NCBI GenBank assembly: GCA_009103225.1
Contig: RHPI01000351.1
Span: forward strand, 1-7,484
Direction: 5' to 3'
Origin: Chlorokybus atmophyticus
Taxonomy: Eukaryota > Plantae > Mesostigma and Chlorokybus algae
Length of the DNA stretch: 7,484 bases
Shown here: positions 6,520 through 7,484 of the stretch, piece by piece
Numbering within the stretch: the first letter of the stretch is position 1
Layout: the number at the start of each line of letters is the position of its first letter
Translations under genes and position numbers: made by a program
Notes under the pieces: generated by a model
Databases searched by the model: none
What the model saw: the letters and a program-made list of their open reading frames with translations, nothing else
What the model was told of the DNA's origin: nothing

Positions 6520-7467
6520 CAGTGGCAGTTGTGGCTCCGCTCTCACACTCGAGTGAGCTCCGACTGCCGCTCCTTGTTGTGGACGCAGCTCTGGATGCTT
6601 ACTCCAACACTTGGCATCAACATGCCCACCCTTCTTGCAATGAGAGCACACCACCTTCTTGCCTTTCCCACAATCCCTTGCAATATGGCCTTGCTCTCCA
6701 CACGACCAGCATTTGGCACCCGACACACCTTCCACAACCGCGTTGTTGGCATGCTTGAACTCCTTTGGCTTCCCACCAGCTGCCTTGCTTGCCGCCGATG
6801 TTGCCGCGGGCTTGGAAGAGCTCTTCTCCTCCGAAATCTCAAGCAACTTCAACCCCCGACGCTGTCGGTCAATGTTCTTGAGGTACTCATGCTGAATTTC
6901 TGCCGTCTCGGCCACCTTGAAGACATCCGCAAGCGTGTATGTGCCAAACTCGGACTGAGTGGTCAACATGGTCTCCACCTTCAGCCTCAAGTCCGCCTCT
7001 AGTTGTTGAAGGTACACAACCGCCGCGGTCTGATCCGTCATCACCTTGTAGTCCGTGTCCGTCAAGAGCTTGAGCATGCGCGTATACATCATCCTCGCCG
7101 TCTCCCCGGCGTTGCGCTTGAAGAAACTCAGCTCACGAACCTTGGCGGGTGTTGATTGTGGGTAGGTCTTCCTCAAGAGCGCCTTGAACTCAGTCACGGG
7201 CTGCTCCTTCTTCCACTCCGCTTCAAACGCAGCCGGTGCGCCGAGCCGCAACGCCCTCTCCCTCACCTCCAGCTGCTCCTTGAACTCTCTCCACGTGCCA
7301 AGGGCTTCATCCTTGAGGTATAGAGGCAACATCTTGAAGGCTTTGTGCTCGTCCCACCCCGACTTGTCCCGATACTCCCACTTGACCATCTCGGAGTCGA
7401 AGCGGTCGATGAAGTCGCGTAGGTCCGCCGTGCCGGGCCTCCCACTGAATCTCGGTGTGCTATCCAT
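6520..7467 (-). CDS. gag: Retrotransposon Gag (capsid plus two zinc knuckles), uninterrupted
   Basis: ATG at 7467 in context CAACCATGG. Capsid-like PRFSG...DFIDRFD...W...LPLYLKDEALGTW...RELSFFKRNAGETARMMYTRMLKLL. Knuckles CWSCGEQGHIARDC (6711-6670) and CSHCKKGGHVDAKC (6648-6607), the latter followed by WSKHPELRP. Confidence 0.88.
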
Positions 7468-7484
7468 GGTTGAAGCTGAATCAG

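Larger units (their letters stand above)
5978..7484 (-). mobile_element. Internally deleted, 3'-truncated LTR retrotransposon (Ty1/Copia RT) lacking protease, integrase, RNase H and 3' LTR
   Basis: Gag with two CCHC knuckles is followed directly by RT motifs LDVKTAFLYGELE and KALYGLKQAPR. No DSG protease or integrase motifs lie in between. RT homology ends at ...FGLDNANVREV at ~5979. Confidence 0.88.

Noticed and set aside
5905-7467. 520-aa ORF as one genuine protein
   Set aside because: After ~6418 it runs out of register with the RT (true motifs KALYGLKQAPR etc. are in another frame) and ends inside unrelated sequence past the 5977 junction. The C-terminal ~170 aa are a frameshift artefact.

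Overview
Eukaryotic DNA, most likely from a chlorophyte green alga (judged from the short introns and the style of the Copia RT), and almost entirely mobile-element derived. The left ~6 kb holds two divergent intron-rich genes that the ORF track fragments but that can be spliced by hand with consistent phases. The minus-strand gene (~2932 to <=189, >=7 exons, >=~680 aa) encodes an N-terminal CxxC..H..C zinc finger, a Pro/Ala-rich linker and an OTU-type cysteine protease domain with an intact D-G-N-C...H catalytic set. The plus-strand gene (3330 to 5008 or 5156, 8-9 exons, ~300 aa) has a helical core that resembles my recollection of the fungal DUF6532 family. The two genes share a ~400-bp region containing nested palindromes. 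Downstream lie six 53-bp imperfect tandem repeats and a possible CAC-type terminus at 5977. At that point a Ty1/Copia RT remnant is cut off mid-domain. The right 1.5 kb is an internally deleted LTR retroelement on the minus strand: an intact Gag with a Ty3/Gypsy-looking capsid and two CCHC knuckles, joined directly to a decayed Copia RT fragment. Working model (inference): the right arm of a large CACTA/Plavaka-like DNA transposon carrying a deubiquitinase and an accessory gene, nested in a Copia element. No transposase or partner terminus is visible in this window.
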